Shown here: positions 1 through 13,330 of the stretch, piece by piece
Position numbering within the stretch: the first letter of the stretch is position 1
Layout: every line of letters starts with the position of its first letter
Assembly: GCA_043228905.1 (NCBI GenBank)
Contig: JBHGNT010000001.1
Span: 34,720,001 to 34,784,000, forward strand
Source: Azolla caroliniana
Lineage: Eukaryota; Plantae; Polypodiophyta
DNA: 64,000 nt
Direction of reading: 5' to 3'
Position numbers and translations under genes: made by a program
Notes under the pieces: model-generated
The model's database searches: none
What the model was told of the DNA's origin: nothing
What the model saw: only the letters and a program-made list of their open reading frames with translations

Positions 1-1351
1 TAATATACATTTATAATGGCACTTGTTCACATCTCTTTAGGTTTGTGCAACATTGTTTTTCAACTCATGGGGAATGTCGTTTGGTGAGTCTGTAATAGTT
101 GTGTTACTTAATTATGGACGGAATCTCTCATGTATGAGGGTGATCTTTTAACCAAGATCGGTGAGCTTTTAGAAGTTCAAAATTTATGTGTCCATAACCC
201 ATGCATACCATGATGCATCTAAATGCATCCATGTCCCAAAAATGAAATACATTCCCCACCCTTCCACCACATATACAACCCAGAAATCTCCTAATTGTAT
301 ATAAATTCTAGGTGAAATCAATTACATATCTATGTAGCTAGAATCCGACAATAAACAAAAACATCATTTCACAGAATTAGCATAAAACCAACTATTTCAT
401 ACCATTCACACAAACCATTTGCCTTGCAATACAATGAACAAGAATCCACACCATTAGTCAAGGATGTTGGAGAACCAAGAAGAGGATATGAAAATGGGCA
501 GTGGTGGGAATCAGTCAATGTGCACATGACAGCGAGACCATACAAGGGATGAGAAGGAGAGTGGATTTAGGCGAGGGGGATTTGTGCTGTAGAAATTGAC
601 AAATAAAGTAAGAAGAGAATATTAGGAGAATGGACAACAAGATATGGCAATGATTGCATCATTTGTTGAGGACATATACTTTGTTGTTTGACAAGCATAC
701 CATTCATTTATGGAGGATGTTTGCCAACACATATAGTTTGTCGAGATTTTTTGGAGAGAGAGCAAAATGTTATGCGAGTGTGCAATGGGAGTAATGAGTG
801 GATGGGTGGAAGATAGGACGAAAGTGATAGCAGATGAGGGTATGAGAAGCATAACATACTTGAGCAAGAGGAATTTGCGAAGTAGGATTTGAGAACCAAA
901 GTTGAAATAGACAAGAGACATGAGAATGCAATGAAGAAAAGAAAGAAAGACAAAGCAACATGACAAAGGATAAATCAAGTATTGGCAAAATGTTCACGAG
1001 CTTACCTTACAAATTTTCTAATTAATGCAATGGAACATGTTTTTTTCCCTACATTGACAAATATTAGAGTAGTTATATCTTTGTTGATTATGAAAACTTG
1101 AATGATTCATTGCGAGCTTATGGTCACTTTACTTATATTGACCTCAGAGTAGAAATGTGTTGTATTGAAAGAACATTTTTGGACAATAGTACGCAAACTC
1201 GCAAAGCAGAAAAAATAACTTATCTCATGTTACAATTGTCAACCTTCTATTTTTAATTGGATTTCTTAATGTGGCCCTTCTATTTTAATTGACATTTCTT
1301 TAATTTGGCTCACATTGTATTAATAGCTCTTGCTAAGATTTATAAGTGATT

Positions 1352-1390
<39 letters not shown>

Positions 1391-3515
1391 TATATATATA
1401 CATGTTTCTAAAGAAAGAGGCATCCATCACATGTGATTTGCATGCAATGTCTAATTAACTCTTAATATTATATTGAATTGATTAATAAAATAAATGTTCT
1501 TTTGAGTAAGGGTACATTTAACGCTTCTAGAAAATACACCGAGGATGTGGATATTTCGTGGAACATAAATGCTAGTTTTGTGAAAAGATCATATCATACC
1601 TAATGCTTTGTGAAAAGATTATATCATACAATATACTTCATGCTTTACAATAATGTCAAGTTCAAATCTTTATATTAAGTGGATTAACATTGCTTACCCT
1701 TTTGACTAATATTATATGTTGTGCTTCCTTAGTGTACAGAGAGGAGGGGCAGAGGGTGCAGTTATTGCACTTGTCTTTAGCTACATTTTATATTAAAGTT
1801 AATTAGTACCCTATCGGCTACAACTGTGATTTAGTGCATAGTTTTATTCTTCATTGTGTATAAGTAATTCCCGAACAATCTTCTTCGCAAGTAGATTGAT
1901 ATGCATACATTCAATACTTTTCGAAACACACGAGTAGGATGAGGTATGTTTTTTAGTGCATATTTGTTTATATCAAGTTGCTCAATACCTACGAATTCCT
2001 TAAGGACACTAATCACATAAAAACAAACGATTAGTACCACTGAGGTGAATTGATCAAAACATCCTTAAGTTGTCTAAAAACCAAGGAATTTCAAAGGGAA
2101 TTCACCAACATGTAACACATGAAGTTTTTCATGAACATGGGGAGACAACAAATGTTGACACATCCGCACCACTCGGCCTTTCCCTTGATGAGGCAGAATA
2201 CCAAAGAAGAACCAGGCGTCCTTGGGGTGCTGGGTTTCAAAGCAACTCGACGTGGTGTAGAAGCAATAATGAAAATAAGGGAACGTGAGCTACACCGCCT
2301 AGAAGCCATGGCTAGGGCACTCTCTACATTGGGACCACGGGTCACACCCACACCAAAACCCTTTGACCCCCCACTTCTTTTCGAGAGGCATAGGTGGAAA
2401 TAAAATTAGGCTTAGTGTAAAGTCACTTCCTTTATCGAGTATACCACATTTTGTACACTACTAGAACCCTTTTAGCTTAAGTTCTATTTTTACTTTATTT
2501 TATTTTAGTTATGATGACTGGATAAATACTCATTTTGTTGTAAACCAATTGTCTCATGGACCAAATTTGGCCTTAAAAGACATTAATATATCTTTCTTTC
2601 TTTATTTCTCTTCTCGTGTTTTCTAGTTCCCATTTGTATTCATCACTCTCTTACTCAAAACCATTTGGAGAAAGACCTTATTACAATTATTACATGTCAA
2701 AAATGACGTATGGGACCAAAAGCGAATTGTTTTCATATAATGTGTGGACCTAAGCAATGCCTCTTGATGTTTAAGAACGTCAGTAATGAACTTTGCAAGT
2801 GAGAGTGACACTATGCTTGTAAACACATAACCCTTGTTTTGGAGCTATTGACACTTGACTTACTATGCATGCAAAAGCTTTCCAATATACGCACGATAAA
2901 CATTTGGCTATCTTCTAATGTACTTGCAAACAACAAATCACATACATATAATAATAACACAATAACCACATTTCCCAATGCTCCACTAACTCATCATACC
3001 TTGTGATTCATTAGTGTACAAACCAAACAGAGTTTGTAATAGTGGCCATCATTGATGAACACTAGGAGTGCTACCAAAAAGATATGAAATTCCATCTCTC
3101 ACCTGAAAAACGACATTTCATCTCTACATAGATTCAAGAAATCATATGTAGGTTCAATTGGTACCTCAAGTTCTTCTATGAGTATATGAAGATGCTCTCG
3201 AGGAGCGAGGGAGGGAGAGAGACATTATTGTGGAGGAGTTCCAGAGACAAAGATTAAATCGTAGAGAAAGAGAGGAGTGTTATTGGTAATCTTGTGGCGT
3301 CAATCCACATTTGAGGTTTAATTTTTTAAATTTCAATAATGACAGGGGTATGTTGGGAATTAAGCGAAATCTTTCTTGATGGGTAATAGGTATGCCAAAG
3401 TTGCTCTCGATTTTGATAAATTCGTTGATTGCCCCTAGGACCAGATGAAGAAGAACGTGTGCGGACACGTATAGAAGCCATATTCTGGATCTGCTATGTT
3501 CGGGGTTTCCTCGAC

Positions 3516-5456
3516 ATGAGCAAAGAACTGTCCTCCCCATACGCCGTGGACGACCTCCTTGCTTCAATTCCTGGTAGGCTCTTGTTTTCCTCCTCTTCCT
3601 CCTTCTCATTCTCCTCATCTTCTTTCTCGACGTGTTAAAGCTTTTGTACCATCCTTTGATTGAAGAAGATGAGCTCCATATACATCTCATGAGGTATAAT
3701 AAATGAATGATATTTCAGCTATTTCAGGGAATTTTTAGTTAACCTCACGTGGATAATCTATGGAAAGAGTTGAAGAATGCTTGGGAAGAATAGTCATCGA
3801 TCATGTAAAGATGAAGCATAATAAAAGAGCGTCATTCAAAGAATTTAAAGTGATCCTTGTGTTGATGATCCATAGATGAAAGGAATTTGAAGAATGTTTG
3901 AAAAGTTTTAAATCAATTCTGTAAAGAAGAAGCATCATAAAAAAGCATTTAGAATTTATAGTTTTCAAAGTTTTCCCATGAATTCTTTCGTAGATGATCT
4001 ATATGGAAGGAATTGAAGAATGAGCATAATAGAAGAACATTATTTCAAAGAATTTTCAGTGAACTTCATATTGATGGTCTATGAAAGGAATTGAAGAATG
4101 TTTAATAAGTATAAAACAATTATATACAGATGTAATATTTAAAGGTTGAATATCTATACGTTTTCGTAGGTATTAGTGGTGCAAAACAAGCCAGACTTGC
4201 CAATGTCTTGAAGGTAAGAGAAAACATTGTCCAGCTGAAAGCATAGCAAAGTGCACAACATTTTTCTGAAGATATCTATCGAGTTTACAGACTCTGATGA
4301 ACTGTTTGGATCTGAATTGAATGACCTTTCCTGTATATAATAGTATTCTCATTGTAAACTTTTATTGCCATAACTTCATCATTACAGTAGAATGAATATA
4401 TGCTTATGCAACAAGTTTAGAATATCTTTATGATCTTCAAAAGTAGAGGATAATATTTTAGTCTTAGGACCTTTTGATTCTCAGTTATAAAAATAACAGT
4501 CCATACAAACACATGTATAATACATATTTATGTGAAGAATCTTGAGAAAGCTTGTTGACTTTAAGTTGGTTAATCCTATGTCATTACACAGGATAAGTTA
4601 GATAATTTGTCAGGTATCTCTTCTGGCTATTTGGAATCGCTACCGCAGAATGTTAAGAGACGTGTAATTATCCTGCAAGATTTACAGGTATTTCCTTAAC
4701 ATACATGCCTAGGTTTACATTTGATTAAGATAACTTAATCATTATATTATTTAAAGAGAATTTTCTGAATCTAGAAGGTGCTCTTCTGTAGTTTTCCTGT
4801 TTGTTGCAACTTGGCACTGCATCTAGAAGTTCTGAAGATGAAGGATAGTTTTACCTCTTACTTTCAACAATATTATTTACAAATTTAATTGATGCCTGAG
4901 AGAATATCTCTGTTTGCTGTACTTTATTGTGAATGGTTTCCATTTGCTAGTTTGACAATTGAGTTTGAAATAAATTAAGAGAGAGATTTTATTATCATCT
5001 TCAGAAGTCAATATGATCTATGAGACAAAAATATAATATTTTCACGTAGTACATGTGAAATAGAGTAGCAATTCTCAATATTCAAGAACTTTGCTACCGA
5101 ATGTTGCAATTGAGAGTGCACACTGTAAATGTGATAAATTTGTGCAAGGATTGGGTTGGGTTGAAGATGGGTTGAAAGCATATTGTATGTGATCAAAGGC
5201 AAAACATTGTGTCAACATGTGGTACTTGGATTGCCAAACCTGTTTTAAGGAAAAATGTGCATAGTCAACTAGTCTCATCACTTGTGCCTCAATGTTCCGT
5301 CTCACATCAAAGTGAGTGTGAACTAAGTCGTATGGAAGCAATGGTTCAGATTGTACACAATGGGATGGACATTTTGGTGCTTTTGGCATTTTCTCATTCT
5401 TTCCCAACGAACTTAGAGAGAAGCACCAATGTCAGCAAAGTGTCTGGGGGAGGGAG

Positions 5457-5493
<37 letters not shown>

Positions 5494-8400
5494 TATTATA
5501 TTATCGTCTTCGGAGGTCAAATATGACCTATGAGACCAAAAATATTACATTTTACGTGATACGTGTGAAGGTGAGTAGCGACTCTCGATGTTCAAGAAGT
5601 TTACCAATGAATGTTGCAATCAAGAGTGCACATCGTGGTTGTGAGAGAAATTCGTGCAAGGATTGGGCTCGATCGAAGAGATGTGGAAAGCATGGTCGAA
5701 TATGATCAAAGGCAGAGCATTGTATCAAAGTGTGATACGCAGACTCTCGAACTTGTTTAGGGTAGAGAGAGAGAGAGAGAGAAAGAGAAAGAGAGAGAGA
5801 TTAATGTCTTTTAAGAGGCCAAAATGGCCTATAAGACCAAACAAGAGATTACATCTTAAGTGTTGTCTCATCTATGAGAACAACAAATCAAAATAAAATA
5901 AAAAAGTCTTCGGAGGTTAAATATGGCCTGTGAGACCAAAAGTATAATGTTTTCACATGATGCATGTGAAAGTGCATAGCAGTACTCGATGTTGAAAAAC
6001 ATACTAAAGAATATCACAATTGAGAGTGCACATTATCAGGAGAGAAATTTGTGTAGGGATTGAGTTTGGTAGAAGATGTGTGGGAAGCATAGTTGAATGT
6101 GATCAAAGGTAGAGCTTTGCATCAAAGTGTGATACTCAGACTCCCAAACTAGTTTAGGGCAAAATGTTCATAGTTAACAAGTCTCATCACTTGTGCCCCA
6201 ACAAAGTGAGTGTGAACTAAGTCATATTGAAGCAATGGTTTGGATGGCAGACAATGGGACTGGCTCTAACATGTATTGATATGTGCGGTCTCCCCGTTGG
6301 CTGAAACTATGGTTTTGTAGTTAGGTGCAACATATGTAATATGATGTGTGAAACATGAGCCTCCACATTTTTCCCATGTCATGATAATAGGCTTTATAAG
6401 AAAACCTCATTTGTAGAGGAATCTATTGATGCATCGGGAAGCGAGTATTACAAATATACAATTGGAACACAAAATTTTGCTTTTATGTGTCTTTTTTATC
6501 TTTCTGCTTGCTTCTCATGCAATTCTAGGAAGTCGATCTGAGGTACTATTTTGTGTGAGAAAACTGTTATGAACAATTATAAGATGCCAAAGAGGCTAGC
6601 AACAACTTAACAATAGGCTGAAAAAAGAACTATATTTCTTTGTGGGTGAGAGTGGGTTTTGTAACCCATGCATTTACGAAAGGAGATTAAATATTCCTAG
6701 GTACATAATGAGTTGAAGGGGTAGATTGGAGAGAAAACAACAATACATTAAATGCTTTAATGAAGTAGTGGTTGGTTCTAAAAGTCAACTGTAATCAATG
6801 TTGGAATAAAGTAGATCTAAAGAGAGGAAATTTGCAGAAGGGAGAGATCAGTTTTGGGGCCATGATCTTGAAATGTGTATTGAACGACTCTTTCCATGGC
6901 CATGATCTCGATGGGAAGTTATCCTATCTTGTTTAGTGTGTCCATTTTCTCTTTTTTCAATGCTTCCTTGAGCTTAATCTTGCCTAAACAGTCATTTGCT
7001 TCTAACCAAACTTGCTTACATGTATTAACGTCATCATTGAGTTTTGCAACCTTTCTCTTAGGATTCTCATTCTCAGCAACAATAACTTGTAGTTTCGCAT
7101 TCTCACTCATGAGTAGCCTAATATCTTCACCCTGATTGTTTATGTTTACTTTAAAGTAACAAAATGACTCATAGGCAAAGTCTCCGTCGTGGCTGAATTT
7201 GTTGCATTGAGATCGAGAATCTTTGGTGTTTTATGACTTTCCAGAAACAACATGATGAGCATGAAACAAAATTTATGGAGGAAAGAGCAGCTTTGGTTGC
7301 CAAATATCAAAAGTTATATGCACCACTATATGAAAAGGTTGTAAGTTTTTTCAAATATTTTTGTATTTGAAGTTATCCGTCATGAATTTGTATGTGTGAT
7401 TTCTCTTTTGTCAGTTTCTGAACCATCTTTCATAAAATTTTCTCCAATGTTTTATTTATTTTCCATTTGAGTTGAACTGTGTTAAAAAGGGGTAGGTTGG
7501 AAGGAGAGATGATGACTGGGGATCTGCCAAAATAGTTGTCTTACTGATTTAAAATTATTAATGAAGTTTGTGGATTCTGTCTATCAAAAGCAAGAGATGA
7601 CATGGTTCTAGTTACCGATGGCATTCTTTGGGTTGTGATTTGCAGCGTTATAATATTGTTAGCGGAATAGTTGATATTGAACCATCAGCAGAAGCAGAAA
7701 CTCCTGAAGCAAATGTATCTAGTAAAGCAAATAACACTGAGGGTATAGAGAAACTTTGACCATAAGCTATATCATGCCAATCCTATTTTACCTACTTACG
7801 TGGGTTACTTGTTTTATCAGAGAAAGGAGTGCCAGATTTTTGGCTTACTGCAATGAAGACAAATGATGTTCTTGGTGAAGAGGTGCTTAACTTTGTCGTT
7901 TAGTCATAACATCAACTGACTTCTTGATAAATCATGTCTTAACAACTAAAGTTTTCCAGATAACTAAACGTGATGAAGGACCGTTGAAGTACTTGAAAGA
8001 CATACGAAGTGTCAATCTGGAGGGAAAGAAAGGGTTCAAGCTTGAATTCCATTTTTCTGAGAATCCATACTTTAAAAACACACTGGTACTCTTTTAATTA
8101 GAAAGATTACTTATTTATGTTAAATTTTGGGTTATGTTATAGAACCACTCTCATCATGACTATGGCAGTTGACAAAAGTCTATAATATGGTTGAAGAAGA
8201 TGAACCAATCTGCGAACATGCCACAGGGTAGGATTGCGTGGTCACATATTTAATGTTAAGGATAAATAATGTTTTAAATCTTAAAGTTTCAAAGTTGTTT
8301 TCTACAGGACTGAAATAGAATGGTACCCAGGGAAAAACGTAACACAGAAAGTTCTACAGAAGAAGCCTAAGAAGGGTTCAAGAAACACAAAGATTCAAAC

Positions 8401-9208
8401 CAAGATTGAAGATTGTGATAGTTTCTTCAACTTCTTTGATCCTCCAAAGGTTCTGGAAGATGATGAGGACCCTGATGAAGCAACAGTATGTTTGCATACC
8501 TATGTGATTCTTTAACTTGGTTTTTGGATTGCATGTAAATAGTTAGTAGAACTAATGGTTTATTCCCTGAGTTTGATGTATATTCATCCATATTATCATT
8601 CTTTTTATGAGTGTATTACTTCTATTCTTTTAACAGGCAGAGGAATTACAAGATCTTATGGAACGAGATTATGATATAGGGTACATTCCAATATTAAGTT
8701 CTTATCATGGTCCAGTTTTTTGTTCAAAAATCTACTTTTAACTTGTCAAATTTCATGGTTTACTCAACTAGGTTATTTTATGTTTATGCCTGCCATAACG
8801 GCAGTATCTATTTGGTGGTATAGCTAGAGTTCACATTTCTTAGTGAAAAAGTAGGATTGTTACTTTCCCTTTTGTCTCGTTTCAATATACATATCATGGG
8901 ACTCCAACAATTTATTAGTTGTACCCTAATTAAGGTATGATACTTCATGTCATTTATTTATTTATTCTTCACACCCCATGAAATAATACTTTTATCCTAT
9001 ACTCTATATTTCTTTCGTTCTCTGTTTTATCTAGACAGGTTTCTGACAACTCACAAATTTGTTATATTTTACACCCAGATCCATAATTAAGGATAAAATC
9101 ATACCCCATGCAGTATCATGGTATACTGGGGAAGCATTGCAAGGCGAAGAGTTTGAAGAACATGATGAAGAAGAGGAAGATGGGGAAGAAGCAAAGGATG
9201 AGGAGTAA
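3516..9208 (+). CDS. NAP1: Nucleosome assembly protein 1 (NAP1-family histone chaperone), 11 coding exons, 328 aa, C-terminally truncated
   Basis: GT-AG exons read by hand: 3516-3573, 4170-4213, 4592-4687, 7245-7337, 7646-7742, 7821-7882, 7960-8085, 8169-8227, 8308-8485, 8637-8680, 9079-9208 (987 nt, in frame). The translation has plant NAP1 signatures: [88 protein letters not shown] and an acidic tail. An in-frame TAA lies at 9206-9208. Confidence 0.93.
3753..4130. repeat. Degenerate ~80-130 bp tandem repeat (about 4 units) in NAP1 intron 1
   Basis: A core like gatgatctat..gaaaggaattgaagaatg recurs at ~3753, 3864, 3993 and 4073. Confidence 0.7.
4981..6480 (-). mobile_element. Stack of 3-4 truncated copies of an unclassified dispersed repeat in NAP1 intron 3; most copies abut a (GA)n/(GATA)n tract
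   Basis: The block tcttc(a/g)ga(a/g)gtcaa-tatgacctatgagaccaaaa...gttgcaattgagagtgcaca...tgatcaaaggca restarts at ~4998, 5507, 5806 and 5907. Homologous sequence is at ~11040-11286 (opposite strand) and ~42420-42900. Confidence 0.7.
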
Positions 9209-9372
9209 GAAGATAAGGATGATGACTACGAGCAAGAAGAAGAGACAAAGTAGGTCATGTGAATTTGATTTAGATACATTCTCATATTGATTCATTTTTA
9301 TGTATTGTTTGACTTGCTCTACTGTCTTTGCTTATTTATGTATGCTAATGTAATTAAATAGTATTAATACGT

Positions 9373-9616
9373 ATTGCTAACAAAGTAAGAAATATGTACA
9401 GATAATTTGTTCACAATCAGGAGAGGGTGAGCAACCACCAGAATGCAAACTACAGTAGATAGTTTGGATGGTTCATGAAAGATTCTTTTGCATTATTGTT
9501 AACAAAGTAAGAAATGTGTACAGAAAATTTGTTCACAATCAGCAGAGGGTGAGCAACCACCAGAATGCAAACTACAGTAGATAGTTTGGATGGTTTATGA
9601 ATTATTGTTTTCCATT
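9373..9616 (+). repeat. 122-bp tandem duplication of the NAP1 terminal exon (exon copies 9402-9458 and 9524-9580, each ending EQPPECKLQ*)
   Basis: Two near-identical units, each with an acceptor (tgtacag), 57 coding nt, TAG and the start of a 3' UTR. CKLQ corresponds to the plant NAP1 CKQQ CaaX box. Confidence 0.9.
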
Positions 9617-11039
9617 AATTGTTAGGCTTAACAACATATACTAATATTGCATGGTGTAGTTTGATTTTGACTTTAAAAGAATGTAGCTCATCGATATCTG
9701 ATCCAGATATATTCCATTGTTTTTACAAAGAACTTTTCTGGAGCTGAGATATAAAGAATACGTGAAGAGTTTTCAAATTTTTTATTTGAAGATGTTTTTG
9801 GTTATGAATAGGATCATTGTTCACACATTGAACAGTTGTAGACAGTTTTACCAGAATAATTTGATTGATTTAAAGATAGTGGTTCATTTATTGAGCATTC
9901 TGTACTGTTGTGAAACACAGTCAAGATATTGTTTTTAACTTTCTTCATTGTCTCATGGTATGATGGCTAGAAGCTTGTTACTGTGCTTCATTTTTCAATG
10001 GGACAAATACCTTTGAACGCTACATGTATATTTGAATTTTTTCATGTTCCATTTTGTAAATTCCTTTTACATAGGTATAAGTTTAGATAAATTTTTGAAA
10101 GTTCAGAATCTCCTTTCGGCAGATAAATTTTTGAAAGTTTAGAGTACATGTAGGCTGTTTTCATGAAATTCTTAAAAAGTCCATAAAAAAGGAAGTACAT
10201 TGGTAATTTCACCATTTTATCCTTGGTCTTTTCATGATCCTATTCCCTGAATTGTTTGATTTTCTGAGCCTATGGTGTAGAGTTGTAAATGCTTTTTAGG
10301 TTCTTTTCGGGAAACCTCCCTCAAGGGGCATCATTGACCACTTCTCCATTTTTGTTCTCTAAGTTGGTTTATTTTTCAAGTCGAATGTGTAGAGATTTAC
10401 ATGGTTATCACATCCTTCAAATCTTTCGAAAGTTATAGTCCCTTGTTCTCTAGAAAGGATCAATGCCATTAATCATGCTAAACGGGGTTTTGTTAGTATG
10501 CGATCAAATGTGTTTGTAGTAGTGTGGAAGATTGTAGATTTAGTTCAGACATACAAATTTTCTTGTGCCCATGTAATGTTGAATTACATCAATATGCATA
10601 TAACAATGACTTGCCCATTGCTAACCAAGCCAAGACACTTTGGATGTATAATAAATGCCAAACTATTTCGTGTAGGGTTTTGTATTGCATTATTAGATAA
10701 TATGTCAAGTCACCTAAACAATGTGATAGTTATGTCGTTGGAATTAGACGTTTTATGTTTGGGATTTATTGGGAACTGTTTTCATTGATGAATTCATTTG
10801 AGTCTAGTTACGAGTATCTCTCAATGAATACTTTGTGATGTGATGTTTAACTATAGTTAGTCAATTGGTGTTTAGTAATGACATCGATGGATATAGATTC
10901 TCAATGCCTATGTTTTCAACATCCAAAGCTCACATTATTGCTTCGTTATGACTTAGCTCACATATCCTTTTGATCTAAAAGTGAGGAGAGACTTCTAAGT
11001 TCTATCGAGGTTTTTCCCTAAACAAGCATGGAATCAAGG

Positions 11040-11286
11040 TATCGCATGTAAACACAACGTGCTGCATTTTATTACATTGAAGTTTGATTTCCACATTCTT
11101 GCACATATGCTTCTCACAATCACAATGTGCGCTCTCAATTGCAATACTTACAAATTAAAGTTCTTGAGCATCATGAGTCACTAGTCAATTCGACAAAATA
11201 CTATTTCGAAATGTTTCACTTTTGGTCCCATGGGTCATATTTGATCAATGAGGACAATAATCAAAATTGATCCATCTATCAATCTC
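11040..11286 (+). mobile_element. Diverged copy of the dispersed repeat found in NAP1 intron 3, opposite orientation
   Basis: tgtgcgctctcaattgcaa...ttcttgagcatc...ttttggtcccatgggtcatatttga is the reverse complement of the 5.0-6.0 kb repeat core. Confidence 0.65.
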
Positions 11287-13025
11287 ATGGCATTAAATAA
11301 GCATTTTTTAAGAGTGTGTCAACAAGAGACTCTAGTTCTCCACCTATTTGTTTAATATTAATATTATAAATAAAATGACAAAACGTAATTCGAAGTTAAA
11401 TGTTATGACAACAAATTCGTTATATTTTCAGTTATGGTCATGTTTTTGTGGGGTTAAAAGTAATCTATTAAAAAAGAATAATTTCCAAAGTAATGGTATG
11501 TGTACTTTTGTCCTTTCCCACACATATTTCCACATACAAGCTAATAGGGTAAAGTTATTCTCATACACAATCATTAAAGTACATTACTTGTCAAGGTTTA
11601 TGCATAGTAAGTAATAAGATTGAAACAATGGATTATTATGTTTGATATGATAATGAAAACATATCCTATTGGCTAAAACAACTGTAGTCTTATAATGAAT
11701 CATATTTTGCATTATGTTTTACATACCTTGCTTGTAAACTCCAATATATGTGTGCAACAAAATAATTTGAAGTAATGTAAGATAATAGTAGTTATGACAT
11801 CTTATTGGAGTAAGGAGATGGAACCTTTTGAGTTATAATGTATAATAAGTTTTGTACATATAGCATCTACTATTCGCTTGAGTTAAATATTAGTAATACA
11901 AGTATTTTCACATGGTAAGTTGTCTATGTTGAAGACGTTGAATTCATAAATTGCATGGAACCCAAAAGAATATGACTTTCATATGTTTCAATGAGAACAA
12001 ATGCAAGATTTTAGCACAACAATAAGTACGTGTGTACAAAACTAAAGAAAATCTTCAATATCAATGAAACAATCTAAAGTTTGAAGGACACCCACATTAG
12101 CTACAGTACTATGTTATGTTTCCTTCCATTGCAATCATGAATATACCTTATATTTGTCTTTTTTAAAAGAAAGTACAAATCCCCACAATCTTGAAACATT
12201 GAAGTTGTGACAGGGGGATGTCTATTCTTGTAAGTGTTCAAGAACTACTTTAGTTAGTAATACTATAGTCAACTAACCCAATAGATTATAACTTGGTCAT
12301 GTTCCCTTTGATTGGTTTTTACATGTTTACATTTGTTAACATGGCCTTTAGGCAACGGTATTATTTTCTCAACCCCTTACTCTTGATGGTGATTTGTAAA
12401 GCTCACGATATTGAGGTTGCAAAGCACAAAGCCTCACCCATATACCATCATGTTTACATGTCTAACTTTAAGAATTTAATAAGGTAAGCTTGTGAATCGA
12501 TCATCCTCAATTGTTTGATGTGTAAAGAGTCTTGTATAATTGTGGTATAGTATGTAATGCCTTGTTTACGTCCTTTTGCACATTTTGATCGTTAGTCTAG
12601 ATTTTTGGTAAATTTCCCATTCAAAATTTATTGACGATAACCCTGCCCCATTCATGCACATTTATGCAATGGTCTTTTTATCTTTATTATAGTTAGCTTA
12701 CCCAATTGATAAGTGTGTTGACTACTAAACTTAGTCATTGGTTCATGGTCTAACGTGCATGTCTCTCTACAACACGATACATATTTTTCTTCATTTACTA
12801 AGATGCCATTGTGGAATGTAGGGGTGAACGCTAAAGTCTCTCTCTTTTCTTTCTTTTTTCGTAAATGTATGTTTATATTAAGACAATCATGACAATACAA
12901 AAAACCTTGCTATCAAAACTACTTCAAAAGTAGCAATGTGGCAAGGACAACCTTCTAAGGTGCTGCAATACAAAACAACACAAATGTAACTCATCTAGGG
13001 ACAATTCCCATACAACAACATAATT

Positions 13026-13330
13026 GTGAAAACTGCCAGATCAACTTTCCTCTTATCCTACATATCTGTTGAGATACTCCAGAAAGCCCATCAAATAAGA
13101 AACCATTCCGCAAGTTCCAAATATACCACATGCCCAAGTACCTCAAATAATCAAACACATGTCTTTTGTACGACGATTGATGAACATTCTCGGCACAGGT
13201 TTATATCTTGCTAGGTTACTAAAAGTATATGGACAGTTATATCACAATTGTGGGGGTCATTGACTGAAAATGTTTTGTCACCTTTTCAGTGGGGTTTCAT
13301 TGAAGCTGATAGAGTTTTACCATCCCCAGA
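13026..13330 (+). mobile_element. LINE ORF2 C-terminal (zf-RVT-like) fragment
   Basis: Translates to FCTTIDEHSRHRFISC*VTKSIW...FQW, homologous to FFCLVELEHSRHRFISCPMAMMVW in the 50191-51039 LINE. It is followed closely by a (TC)n tract. Confidence 0.75.

Noticed and set aside
1-3000. Short ORFs and a polypurine-tract-like ggggaga...tgttga at ~2140
   Set aside because: No recognisable domain, LTR boundary or TSD. Left unannotated.
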